Shown: positions 48,946-58,299 of the stretch, piece by piece
Position numbering within the stretch: the first letter of the stretch is position 1
Layout: each line of letters begins with the position of its first letter
Source: Planctomycetota bacterium
GTDB taxonomy: Bacteria; Planctomycetota; B15-G4; JADJEK01
Assembly (NCBI GenBank): GCA_044225365.1
Contig: JBGAIQ010000016.1
Coordinates: 56,633 to 120,632, forward strand
Reading direction: 5' to 3'
Length of the DNA: 64,000 nucleotides
Position numbers and translations under genes: made by a program
Notes under the pieces: model-generated
Seen by the model: only the letters and a program-made list of their open reading frames with translations
The model's database searches: none
Told to the model about the DNA's origin: nothing

Positions 48946-50253
48946 TCAGTTCTTGCTGCGCTTCTTCCTGAACTCCTCGAACGGATCGACGTAGCCGGGA
49001 CCCTCCGTGCTGCTCGCCGCGACGGGTTCCGCGGCCGGAAGCGCGGGGGGCGTCTCGGTCATGGGCGGCGTCGCGATCTGCGCGGGACTCGGCGGCGGAA
49101 CGTTGCGCGGGGAAGCCTGGGGAGTCGGAGGATGTTGCGGCTGCAGCTTTGGAGCCGCGGCGACCGGCGCCGCGACCGCTTCGATCTTGTAGCCCGCGCC
49201 CTCGAGCTTGTTGCGCATGTCGTCCTTGTTGCCGGCCTTCATGAAGGCTTCCATCGGCTCGACGCGCCCATTCGTGACGTGATCCATGAGCACGTCGTTC
49301 ATGAGGCGCATGCCTTCGCGAGCGCCGATCTGCATCGACGAGATGATCTGATGCGTCTTGCCCTCGCGAATGAGGGAGGACACGGCGTTGTTGGCGACGA
49401 GGATCTCCTGTGCCGCGAGGCGCCCGCCTCCGACCTTCTTGCACAGCGTCTGCGAGATCACGCCCTTCAGGGAGTTCGAGAGCATCATGCGGACCTGCGA
49501 CTGCTGATCCGCAGGGAACTGATCGATGATGCGGTCGACCGTCGACGCGGCCGTCGAGGTGTGCAATGTGCCGAACACGAGGTGTCCCGTTTCGGCCGTC
49601 TCGATCGCGATCTTCACCGTCTCGAGATCGCGCATCTCACCGACGAGGACGATGTCCGGGTCCTCGCGCAGCGCGGCGCGCAATGCGCGCGCGAAGCTGC
49701 CGGTATGGCGATGGACCTCGCGCTGGTTGACGAGGCACTTCTTGTTGGTGTGGACGAACTCGATCGGATCCTCGATCGTGATGATGTGATCGCGTCGGGT
49801 GTCGTTGATGAAGTCGATCATTGCGGCGAGCGTCGTCGACTTGCCGGAGCCCGTCGGACCCGTCACGAGGATGAGGCCCTTGCTGTGTCGGCAGAGCTCG
49901 AGGATGCCCGTGGAGAGACCGAGATCGGCGGCGGTCGGGATCTGGGTCGGGATGATGCGGAGCACCGCGCCCGGGCCCTTGTGGTCCATGAACACGTTCA
50001 CGCGGAAGCGACCGACGTTCGGCAGCTCGTAGGCGAAGTCGGTGTCCCACTGCTCGTTGAACTCGAGCCAGTTCCGCTCGGGCGCGATCTCCTCGAGATG
50101 CTCGAAGAGCTCACGAGGGTCCGACACGTCCGTACCCGGAATGACCTCCATCTCGCCGTGGATTCGATACAGCGGATGAACCTTCGACGACAGATGGAGG
50201 TCGGACGCCTTGTCCGCCATCATCTTCTCGAGCAACATGTCGATCCAAGCCAT
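48946..50253 (-). CDS. pilT: Type IV pilus retraction ATPase PilT
   Basis: ASDLHL, RFRVN, GPTGSGKSTT, TIEDPIE, ALREDPDIVLVGEMRD, GHLVFGTLHT; Pro-rich tail. Confidence 0.92.
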   Translation of the reverse strand: MAWIDMLLEKMMADKASDLHLSSKVHPLYRIHGEMEVIPGTDVSDPRELFEHLEEIAPERNWLEFNEQWDTDFAYELPNVGRFRVNVFMDHKGPGAVLRIIPTQIPTAADLGLSTGILELCRHSKGLILVTGPTGSGKSTTLAAMIDFINDTRRDHIITIEDPIEFVHTNKKCLVNQREVHRHTGSFARALRAALREDPDIVLVGEMRDLETVKIAIETAETGHLVFGTLHTSTAASTVDRIIDQFPADQQSQVRMMLSNSLKGVISQTLCKKVGGGRLAAQEILVANNAVSSLIREGKTHQIISSMQIGAREGMRLMNDVLMDHVTNGRVEPMEAFMKAGNKDDMRNKLEGAGYKIEAVAAPVAAAPKLQPQHPPTPQASPRNVPPPSPAQIATPPMTETPPALPAAEPVAASSTEGPGYVDPFEEFRKKRSKN

Positions 50254-50297
50254 GAGCGTCTCCCGGGAAAGGCCCGACTCCATGGCTCTTATCGGAT

Positions 50298-51038
50298 CTA
50301 GACGGGCGATGGTTGAGCCGCAGGAACGGGTTGTCCCCCGTTCCTGCGGCGCCGTACGTACTCGTAACCCATGGCGCCACCGACGACGTCGATCGCTGCG
50401 TGGAGCAGCATGACCGGGTAGATCGTTCGCCCGAACACGTAGAGAAGGGAGAAGACGAGGCCGACGACGCCGGTCTTCACGATGCCTTTGCGCCCCTGGT
50501 ACGCGTGGCAGAGACCGAAGAGGGCCGACGTGATCGCGACCGCGAGGTAGAGAGGCATCGCATTCACGAGGTACCAGACGAAGAAGCCGCGATAGAGCCA
50601 CTCCTCGCAGATCCCGGCGGTGAACGAGAGGAAGTAGAACCACTTTCGCTCCCGTTCGGTCGTGGGCAGGAGGTCGGCGACCGGTTCGATGCTCGGGGCC
50701 AGGCGCTCGAGCGCACCCTTCGAAGCGGTGAGCGCCGCGAGTTGCGCGTGGTAGAGGTAGGCGACGGCGACGCAGAGCACGGTGACGAGGATCGCGCGCC
50801 AGTCGAGCGGGAACTGGAATCCCAGAGCGCTCAGCGACCTCTTGCTCGCGATCCATGCCGCAACGACGCCGCCGACGAGCGCCCACTGCACGAGGGCGGT
50901 CATGCGGAACTGGCGCAACCGGACTCCGGGTACGCCCGCCCGAACGCGCGCGACGAACTTCCGATACCCGAAATAGGACTCGATCGGCAGGGCGATCGCG
51001 AGGAGGAAGGCGAGGAAATGGTCGTAGGCGTGGATCAT
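50298..51038 (-). CDS. CPBP family intramembrane metalloprotease (CAAX/Abi)
   Basis: AGICEEWLYRG, FGLCH.YQG, H…D motifs; TM helices. Confidence 0.9.
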   Translation of the reverse strand: MIHAYDHFLAFLLAIALPIESYFGYRKFVARVRAGVPGVRLRQFRMTALVQWALVGGVVAAWIASKRSLSALGFQFPLDWRAILVTVLCVAVAYLYHAQLAALTASKGALERLAPSIEPVADLLPTTERERKWFYFLSFTAGICEEWLYRGFFVWYLVNAMPLYLAVAITSALFGLCHAYQGRKGIVKTGVVGLVFSLLYVFGRTIYPVMLLHAAIDVVGGAMGYEYVRRRRNGGQPVPAAQPSPV

Positions 51039-51703
51039 GACGAATCCTCGATCGATGGGGTCCTTTGACGATCCAGGCAGGGTGTGACGACGAGGGTGAT
51101 CGCGAGCAGTCGCGAGTCCCCCGACTTCCCAGACGATTGGGAGCGCGTCGGCGAGGCCGCAGCGCTCTGGAGTTCCCGGCGGATCGCCTCGATGAGACGG
51201 CGGATCGCCTTGCGGCGCTTCGAGTCGAGCCTCGCCTTCGCGCGCAGCGCGATGAAGTCGACCGGTTTGCCCTTCGGCTCGCGTTCGAATCGGGCGAGGG
51301 CCGACCGCACGTCGCGATCCGTGAGGCGCAACATCGCGGACACTCCCTTGAGCTGGGCCTTGCGAAGGGACTTCGTCCTTCCGGCCGGCATCACGAAGCT
51401 CCTACGGACACGCGAGTAGGTCGCGGCCGGCGACGGCCTGCTCCTCCGCGGTGAACTCGAATCCGCTTCCTCGATACCACCACCAACCGAGTCGAGGGCG
51501 ATCGCCCCCGCGCGGCAGAGGAGCTCGAGGTGGTAGTAGAGCGAGTGGGGCGTGCGACCGAGTCGCTTCGCGAGTTCCTTCACCGTCGCGCGTCCGGTGC
51601 GGCCGAACGCGGCGAGCAGCTCCTGGCGCACAGGCGACGCCAGCGCCTTCGCGAGCTTCACGGGATCGATGGATGGACCAGCCTTGCCGTCGCTCATGTC
51701 CAT
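51035..51703 (-). CDS. ArsR-like winged-helix transcriptional regulator
   Basis: ALASPVRQELL…TVKELA..LG….LYYHL..L..AG; ATGA overlap with the CPBP gene. Confidence 0.78.
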   Translation of the reverse strand: MDMSDGKAGPSIDPVKLAKALASPVRQELLAAFGRTGRATVKELAKRLGRTPHSLYYHLELLCRAGAIALDSVGGGIEEADSSSPRRSRPSPAATYSRVRRSFVMPAGRTKSLRKAQLKGVSAMLRLTDRDVRSALARFEREPKGKPVDFIALRAKARLDSKRRKAIRRLIEAIRRELQSAAASPTRSQSSGKSGDSRLLAITLVVTPCLDRQRTPSIEDSS

Positions 51704-51719
51704 GACGGTACTGCAAGCG

Positions 51720-51743
51720 TTAAAAAATGGAAGACTTTTTTAA
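51720..51743. promoter_or_regulatory. AT-rich perfect inverted repeat TTAAAAAA-N8-TTTTTTAA, candidate operator
   Basis: ttaaaaaa tggaagac ttttttaa, 17-40 bp upstream of the regulator start codon; conspicuous in a high-GC background. Confidence 0.6.
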
Positions 51744-51754
51744 AGCGTAGGAAC

Positions 51755-52999
51755 TCAGAGGGAGCGGCGCGACGGCAGTACGACGTTCGCGACCACGAGT
51801 CCGCACACGAGGGCGGCACCCACGGCGAGCATCTGCGCAACCATTTCCACCCCGTCCTGCGACTTGCTCGTGAGGAGTTGGGAGAGGCCGCGGAAGCCGA
51901 GGCTTCCCGGCACGAGCACGAGCAATCCCGGAACGAGCGTGATTGCCGCCGGGAGTCTTCGGAATCGCGCGAGGACGTTGCTGAAGAGCGAGAGGAAGAA
52001 GGCGCCGACCCCAGCACCGAGCTGACCGTCGAGGAGTCGCGCGCCGGCGTGCCCGCCGAAGTAGGCGATGAACGCCGCGGCGACGATGAGGAGCGTGTCG
52101 CGGTGCCGCGCTTGATAGAGGACCTTGAAAGCGACGGGCGCGACGAGCAGCGCGGCGATCGTCGTCGAGAGGCCAGGCGCGGAGACTTCGTGCGGAACCG
52201 GATGACCCGCAACGGCGTCGGCGCAGGCGAATCCGACTGCGGTCCCGCAGATCAGCAGGAGAAACGTGGTGAGGGCGCCGCCGAGTCGCGAGGTGCCCGC
52301 GGAAAGATGACGCGCAGCGAGTTCATTGAGGGAGAGCGTGAACGTGTAACCCGGAAGCAGCACGATGATCGCCGCGAGCGAAGTGAGCTCGCGCGAAACG
52401 TGCATGGGGGACTGCGCGACGACTCCCGCGAGGAAAGCGGCCGTCGCAGCGCTCAGCAGTTCGAAGAGACGCGCGATGCGATCGAAGCGGGCCGCGGCGC
52501 GCGAAAGCCCTCCGATCAGGAGTCCGATCGCCGCGGCGACGATCACTTCGTCCCGACCGGCGCCGAGGAGCACGCCGGCCGCACCGGCCGCCAGGGAATA
52601 GGCGAGCGCGATGGCGAGTTCGCCGTGCGGCAAGGGCTCGTTCGGCAGCGCCGCGATGCGTTTCTCGGCGTCGTCGAGAGAGCACGTTCTCGCGGCGAGA
52701 TCCTCGATCAGGGAGGAGAGACTCGCGACGCGCGAGAGATTCACGGCGCCGGGTTCGACGCGCAGGACGCGCACTCGCTGGGAGTCACGCGGTCCGAATC
52801 CGATCGTGATCCCCGTCGGGATCGAGAAGATCTCGATCGTGACGCCGAGGAGCCGCGCGACGCGATTCAGCGAACTCTCGAGTCGATACGACGGCATCCC
52901 GTAGCGATGCAATGCCGCGGCGAGGTTCAGCAGGAACGCTTCCGCGCGCGAATTCGTCTTGGAGTTCTCGGAGTCCGTAAGAGAGCGTTGAAGATCCAT
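51755..52999 (-). CDS. Threonine/serine exporter family protein (ThrE-like)
   Basis: LHRYG.PSYRLE, IPT, VNLSR, IIVLLPG, EL…LSAGTSR, PG.L.LVPGS; about 10 TM helices. Confidence 0.85.
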   Translation of the reverse strand: MDLQRSLTDSENSKTNSRAEAFLLNLAAALHRYGMPSYRLESSLNRVARLLGVTIEIFSIPTGITIGFGPRDSQRVRVLRVEPGAVNLSRVASLSSLIEDLAARTCSLDDAEKRIAALPNEPLPHGELAIALAYSLAAGAAGVLLGAGRDEVIVAAAIGLLIGGLSRAAARFDRIARLFELLSAATAAFLAGVVAQSPMHVSRELTSLAAIIVLLPGYTFTLSLNELAARHLSAGTSRLGGALTTFLLLICGTAVGFACADAVAGHPVPHEVSAPGLSTTIAALLVAPVAFKVLYQARHRDTLLIVAAAFIAYFGGHAGARLLDGQLGAGVGAFFLSLFSNVLARFRRLPAAITLVPGLLVLVPGSLGFRGLSQLLTSKSQDGVEMVAQMLAVGAALVCGLVVANVVLPSRRSL

Positions 53000-53208
53000 C
53001 GTCCTCTCGGATCGTAGGCGCTCGCCTTGCGCGTCGCGCGGAAAACAAGGAAGCGGCGATGACGACTCGCGGACACGAGGATCGCGTGAAGTTTCACGAC
53101 GTCGGCGTTCGATACGGAACGACGAGGAAGAGGAGTCGTCGCGGGATCGTTGGATTCGCGACGCGAAGGAGCGTATCCTCCTGCCTGTCGTGGCAACGGA
53201 CTTGGACC

Positions 53209-54264
53209 ATGCGAATCACCGTACTCGCCTATCTCGAACCCGATGAGACCAAGCCCGACGTCGTCGTCGAGCAGGTCACGGCGGCGCTCGAGGCCGGAGG
53301 CCACAAGGTCACGGTACAGACGATCCAAAACGACGTCGAATCGCTCGTCCAAGGGCTCTCGCGCAACAAGCCCGAGTTGATCTTCAATCTCGTCGAGTCG
53401 TTCGGCAACGACATCATCGGCGGATCGATGGGCGTCGCGGGCGTGCTCGACCTGCTGCAGATCCCCTACACCGGCGGTGGGCCGGGCGAGCTGTACCTGC
53501 AAGAGGACAAGGCGCTCGCGAAGAAGCTGCTCGCGTACGAGCAGGTGCGTTACCCGGACTTCGCTTCGTTCGCGCCGAACGCGGACTTCGAGACGGGTGG
53601 TAATTTGCGCATGCCGCTCTTCGTGAAGCCACTGCGCATGGAAGCCTCGATCGGAATCGACGAGAACTCGCTCGTGCGCAACGCGCAGGAGTTGATGGAG
53701 CGCGTCGTCCTCATCCACAAGACGCTGGGAGACGCGGCGCTCGCGGAAGAGTACATCGAGGGACGTGAGCTCCACGTCGGGATCCTCGGCAATCAGGACG
53801 CGACGGTGTTCCCCACGATCGAGATCGACTTCTCGAGCATGCCGGCGGGCAGCCTGCGCATCCTCGACAGCAAGGCCAAGTGGGACGAGCGCAGCGACCG
53901 CTACCAGCAGACGAAGTCGGTGCTCGCCGATCTGCCGAAGGAACTCGCCGCCCGCATCCAGCGCGTCTCGCTCGACGCCTATCGCGCGCTGCGCGTTCGG
54001 GAATACGGCCGCATCGACCTCCGGCTCACCGACAGCGGCGAGATCTACGTCATCGAGGTCAACGCGAGCTGCTACCTGGAGCAGAGCAGTGAATTCGCCG
54101 TGGCCGCCGCGGCCCATGGGATCGACTACGTCACGCTCGTGAACTCGATCGCCGATCTCGCGCTCGAACGCTGGAATCGCCGCAAGTACATCGTGACGAA
54201 GACGCGCAAGCGCACGAAGGCCGCGTCGAAACCGGCGGCGCCATCGTCGAAGGCGCGCGACTGA
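53209..54264 (+). CDS. D-Ala-D-Ala ligase-like ATP-grasp enzyme
   Basis: FNLVE, LDLLQIPYTG, DKALAK, PLFVKP…ASIGI, EEYIEGRE, YGRIDLR, IEVN. Lacks the N-terminal GG.S.E signature of canonical Ddl. Confidence 0.85.
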   Translation: MRITVLAYLEPDETKPDVVVEQVTAALEAGGHKVTVQTIQNDVESLVQGLSRNKPELIFNLVESFGNDIIGGSMGVAGVLDLLQIPYTGGGPGELYLQEDKALAKKLLAYEQVRYPDFASFAPNADFETGGNLRMPLFVKPLRMEASIGIDENSLVRNAQELMERVVLIHKTLGDAALAEEYIEGRELHVGILGNQDATVFPTIEIDFSSMPAGSLRILDSKAKWDERSDRYQQTKSVLADLPKELAARIQRVSLDAYRALRVREYGRIDLRLTDSGEIYVIEVNASCYLEQSSEFAVAAAAHGIDYVTLVNSIADLALERWNRRKYIVTKTRKRTKAASKPAAPSSKARD

Positions 54265-54265
54265 A

Positions 54266-55405
54266 TCAGTCGTCGGCGGCCGGATTTGCGACTTCGGAGT
54301 CCGGCTTCCCCGCCTTCGCGTCCTTCGTTTCCTTGCCGTCCTCCGCGTTCTCGGGTTCCGGCGAGACGATCGGAGCGGCAAACTCGGGGAAATACGTTCC
54401 GCGATGAACGTGGTTCATCGCGAGCGAGGTGACGAGGATCGTGACTGCGATCGTCGCTTGCATCTCCGCCGACTTGTCGTAGACCTGGTTCAGTTCGCCC
54501 GCGCGCTTGCTGAGCTGCCGAACGAGGGAGCGAGTGCGTTCGGGGAAATGCCCCGTCCACCGGAAGACTTCCGCCATCAACTGGCGCTCGAGGCTCTGGA
54601 TCAACGCCGCGGCGGGTAGGTGTTCAACATTCGAGCCGTTGGCGGAAGGATCGGTCACGGCTTCGTCGAAGATCGCGCGCAAGTCGCCATCGAGACCGGC
54701 GAGCGGATCGCCCGCCACCGGCTGGCTCTTGTAGTAGTCCGATAACGAGTACGTGAGATCGCTCACGTCCTCGTCGAGTTCGGCGGCCGTCACCGAGGGC
54801 TCGCTCTTCTTCAGCTCCTCCATCACGCGATCGACGAACTTCAGCTTCGCGAGCGCGGAGGGCAGGGGAGCGTATTGCTCGCGCCACTTGCCGTTCGGCG
54901 TCATCCAGACGGCAAAGGTCTCGGCCCAATCCTCGTCGGGATGTTTCTGGGCGTACCAGCCGGGGAGATGGCGGACGAACCTGCGGCTGAACGGTTGCGG
55001 TCGATAGTCGTCGAGGTAGGGCTGCGTGATCGATCCGAAGAATCGAACCCAGTCCTCGCGGTCGTAGAGTTTGTACGCGTAGTTGATGACGTGGCCCATC
55101 TCGTGGCGCAGGTAGCGCAGGATGTCCGGGCCGTTGAAACCCTCGATGTGCCCGACCTCCTCGGCCTGGAGGTCCGTGAGCTCCGGGCGCGCGAGGTAGA
55201 ACGGTATCCCGATCGCGACCGTGCCGAACGGAACACCCCATTCCGTCGAGAGGTAGAACAACGGAACGACTCGGGTGATCCCGAGGGCGGCGAGCTCGGC
55301 CTTGAACTCCTCGATGATCGGCGCGAGGCGCGTCTCCTCGATCGCGAGCCGCAGGTCGCGGATCGGGGCGCTGAACAGGTTCGACTCGCGGAAGGTCGAG
55401 GGCAT
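54266..55405 (-). CDS. Putative zinc-binding metallopeptidase (Peptidase_Mx-like)
   Basis: YLSTEW, IPFYLA, LRHEMGH (HExxH), YAQKHPDEDWAETFAVW, KLKFV. Confidence 0.8.
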   Translation of the reverse strand: MPSTFRESNLFSAPIRDLRLAIEETRLAPIIEEFKAELAALGITRVVPLFYLSTEWGVPFGTVAIGIPFYLARPELTDLQAEEVGHIEGFNGPDILRYLRHEMGHVINYAYKLYDREDWVRFFGSITQPYLDDYRPQPFSRRFVRHLPGWYAQKHPDEDWAETFAVWMTPNGKWREQYAPLPSALAKLKFVDRVMEELKKSEPSVTAAELDEDVSDLTYSLSDYYKSQPVAGDPLAGLDGDLRAIFDEAVTDPSANGSNVEHLPAAALIQSLERQLMAEVFRWTGHFPERTRSLVRQLSKRAGELNQVYDKSAEMQATIAVTILVTSLAMNHVHRGTYFPEFAAPIVSPEPENAEDGKETKDAKAGKPDSEVANPAADD

Positions 55406-55496
55406 CGATTCGCCAGGTGTCCAGTTGCAGGGGGGCGTCCACCGAGGAGCGCCGCCCATGCTATCCGCACCCTATCGACGCGCGGAGGCCCCCGGC

Positions 55497-58100
55497 TCAA
55501 TAACCCAGGATCAGGGCCCGGTAATCATGCCACCAGTGATATAAACCCCAGCCGTAATAGGTGTTCCACGATTGGAGGTTGGGGATCGAGTTGTACATGA
55601 TCTGGGCGTAACCGAGATATTCCACCCGCGGGTACTGCCGGTAGGCCACGGCGAACGCGGACGGGATCCAGGTGTTCACCCCGGTGTTGTCCGGCTTCGG
55701 GAGGTGATCCGAGGGGTCGTCGACGGCGAGCGACTCGTGGATCGTGCCCTTCACCGGATCCCAGCAGAAATCGACGAGGTAGTCGGCCACGTCGAGGGCG
55801 ATCTGTCGACTCACCGTGCTGCCCGTGTCGCGGTGATGCATCAGCATGCCGTGGATCACGATCGCGAGTTGCCACGGGACGTCGTACTCTGCGTCCGCGA
55901 TGTGACTCGCGTTGGGGGGGAAGCGAGTGACCCAGTGGTAGACGTCGCCGGTGACCGGCGAGGGTGTCGACTTGTTGTAGGTGGAGTCGACGACCGCGAC
56001 GAGCTGGTTCGCGATGTCGAGGATCCGCGGGTCGCCGGTCACCCGGTAGATGCGCAGGACGGCGCGGAGGAACCAGCCGATCCCACGCGAACTGCCGACC
56101 GGATGTCCGATCGTGTACACCGGCCAGGTGCGCATCGCTTGTCCCATCGATACGAGCGCGTCGTAGGAGACCGGATCGCCCGTGAGCAGGTAGTACTCGT
56201 AGAGGTCGTCGGCGACGAGGTGTTCGATGTCGAAGCCGTTCCACCCGTGGCCGCTCGAGGGAATCCCCGCCTTGTTGGCGGCGAGGCCGGCGGGGATCTG
56301 ATCACGACCGAGCTTGTCGACGGAGACCGGGGACGGGATTCCCTCCCACAGATTCGCCTGGGGATGCTGGTCCTTGTCGAAGCCTCGAATGTGATAGGTG
56401 CGCAGGTCGCGCGAGTGCATTGCGAACAGTTCGTTCACCCGGAACCCGGCCTCGGAGCCGTTGATCGCGAAGCGGTCGAAGTAGGTGAGCTTGTTGCGCG
56501 GCGATCCGGTCGTATGCGTGCTCTTCGCCCAATAGTATTCGCCGAAGTCGCTCCATCCGAACGCGAAGTTGCTGCGCGCGAACGCCTGAGTGTACATGTC
56601 GTTCTGCTTCGTCACGTCGTAGGCGATGAGCGCGAGATCGTCCTGCGGCGGGTCGTCGAGATCACCCTGGTCGCCCCAAGCCTTGGAGCGGCGCATGTAC
56701 TCGGGGTCGATGAACGGATGGAGGGGGTGATCGAAGTCGCGTGCAAGCACGGCGGGGTCGAACGGGTGCTTGTCGTCGGCGGCGTACGGCGCGATGAGGA
56801 ACTCGGTCGTCTTCTGTTGCGCGTCGTCGAGCCAGAAGAACGAAGCGGTCTCGCTCGGGAAGATGTCGAAGTTCAAAGTGCGATCGCCATCGAACGAGAA
56901 GCCCTTCGGAAAGTTCTCGAAGAAGTCCCGCATCACCACGACGATCCCGCGATGCTCGTCCCCGGCGACGGCGTAACCCGCCGCCTGAGCCCCCGAGGCG
57001 ACGATCGCGGCGTTGGAGTTCGTGGGATCCGCGGAATCCAGCACCCGAAAGCCCTGGAACGTCGTGTTCGGTGCGGCCGCCCAATTCGTTCCGCCGTCGG
57101 AGTCTTGATACAACCGGAGCGGCCCGGGCTGGGAGAAGGTGGTGCCGTCTCCCAGCCCGAAGCCGCCGCGGAAGGTGGGACTCGATGCCGACCCCTTCGT
57201 TGCGGACCGCAACTTCAGGGGCAGCGTGTAGCTCTCGAAACCCATCGCGCCGAGCGGCGCGTCGAGGTAATCGTTCTGCAGACTGTGCTGGACGCGCACG
57301 TACGCCTTGCCGGCGTAGAACGTGTAGCGCGTCGTGAAGCGGAAGAAGTCCCGACCGATCCCGGCCGGAACGTCGTCCACCGTCACGGGTGCGTGGCGTC
57401 CATCGACCCGAATGACCGTTCGCAGCGGCCCCGTTTCCTCGACCGTCATGGCGAAGTCGTTGCCAGCCGTGGTGTACTGCACTCCCTGGCGATCGGTCAG
57501 CACGAAACCGGGAGCTTCGAATCCGTCGAGCACGTTCTCGTTCGAGGAGAGCTTCCCGTCGTGGTTGATGTCGGCGCGGATCGCTTCGAGGAAGCTCGCC
57601 TTCTCGCGCGACAGCACGAATCGAGCACCCTTGGTGTCGATCGTGTAGTCGGCTTTCTTCGCCTTGAGGTCGAGTCGCGGCCCCTTGCTCTTCTTGCCCT
57701 TCTGGGGCTTCAGGACGTTTGCGGCCTTCGTGAGGGTGAGACTCGCGAGAGTGTTTGCCGGCACGGTGATCTGCAGATCGATCAGCACCCAGCGGATCGG
57801 CAAGGTTTCGTCGGACGGCGCGCCTCCCCAGCGCTGCAGTACGCGGAACTGCGCAAGGAGCGGCTTGCCGTCGGCGTCGACGACGGCGAGTTCTTGGGTC
57901 GAGTAGATCGAATCGTATTCTGCGATCGGCACTCCAAAGGTCGCCGGTTCGGCGACACGCTCGAGTCCTGCGGACTCGCGGACGAACAGCGCGACGCCGG
58001 ATTGCAGCGACGGGCTCGTGACATCCTCGGCCCAGGCGACGGCGAACGTCACTCCGAGCCAGAACACGCTGGTGAGCACGAGGCTCCCGCGTGGTTTCAT
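55497..58100 (-). CDS. Large exported protein, exo-rhamnogalacturonan lyase-like architecture (uncertain)
   Basis: Signal peptide; P.TFGVP…D.DG….QF.VL.RW….RWVL.D N-terminal module; VEETGPLR..I; aromatic helical C-terminus (YYLLTGD, R..GW, Y.VTGD, PWQ). Confidence 0.55.
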   Translation of the reverse strand: MKPRGSLVLTSVFWLGVTFAVAWAEDVTSPSLQSGVALFVRESAGLERVAEPATFGVPIAEYDSIYSTQELAVVDADGKPLLAQFRVLQRWGGAPSDETLPIRWVLIDLQITVPANTLASLTLTKAANVLKPQKGKKSKGPRLDLKAKKADYTIDTKGARFVLSREKASFLEAIRADINHDGKLSSNENVLDGFEAPGFVLTDRQGVQYTTAGNDFAMTVEETGPLRTVIRVDGRHAPVTVDDVPAGIGRDFFRFTTRYTFYAGKAYVRVQHSLQNDYLDAPLGAMGFESYTLPLKLRSATKGSASSPTFRGGFGLGDGTTFSQPGPLRLYQDSDGGTNWAAAPNTTFQGFRVLDSADPTNSNAAIVASGAQAAGYAVAGDEHRGIVVVMRDFFENFPKGFSFDGDRTLNFDIFPSETASFFWLDDAQQKTTEFLIAPYAADDKHPFDPAVLARDFDHPLHPFIDPEYMRRSKAWGDQGDLDDPPQDDLALIAYDVTKQNDMYTQAFARSNFAFGWSDFGEYYWAKSTHTTGSPRNKLTYFDRFAINGSEAGFRVNELFAMHSRDLRTYHIRGFDKDQHPQANLWEGIPSPVSVDKLGRDQIPAGLAANKAGIPSSGHGWNGFDIEHLVADDLYEYYLLTGDPVSYDALVSMGQAMRTWPVYTIGHPVGSSRGIGWFLRAVLRIYRVTGDPRILDIANQLVAVVDSTYNKSTPSPVTGDVYHWVTRFPPNASHIADAEYDVPWQLAIVIHGMLMHHRDTGSTVSRQIALDVADYLVDFCWDPVKGTIHESLAVDDPSDHLPKPDNTGVNTWIPSAFAVAYRQYPRVEYLGYAQIMYNSIPNLQSWNTYYGWGLYHWWHDYRALILGY

Positions 58101-58299
58101 GGTTTCATCTCGTGCCGGAACGGGCATCCCGACAGGCGTCTTTATCGACTCCGTGGTCCGCTTTCCCGCCATTCGGCCCCACGTCCGGCCGAGGGGTTCG
58201 CGCCGACCCGCCGAATTCGAAGCAGCTTGCGTCGAGTCGCACGCTAGATGAGTGCGCCCTCAAGTCCTGAGCGTCCGTGTCGTAGTGCGAGGAGCGACT

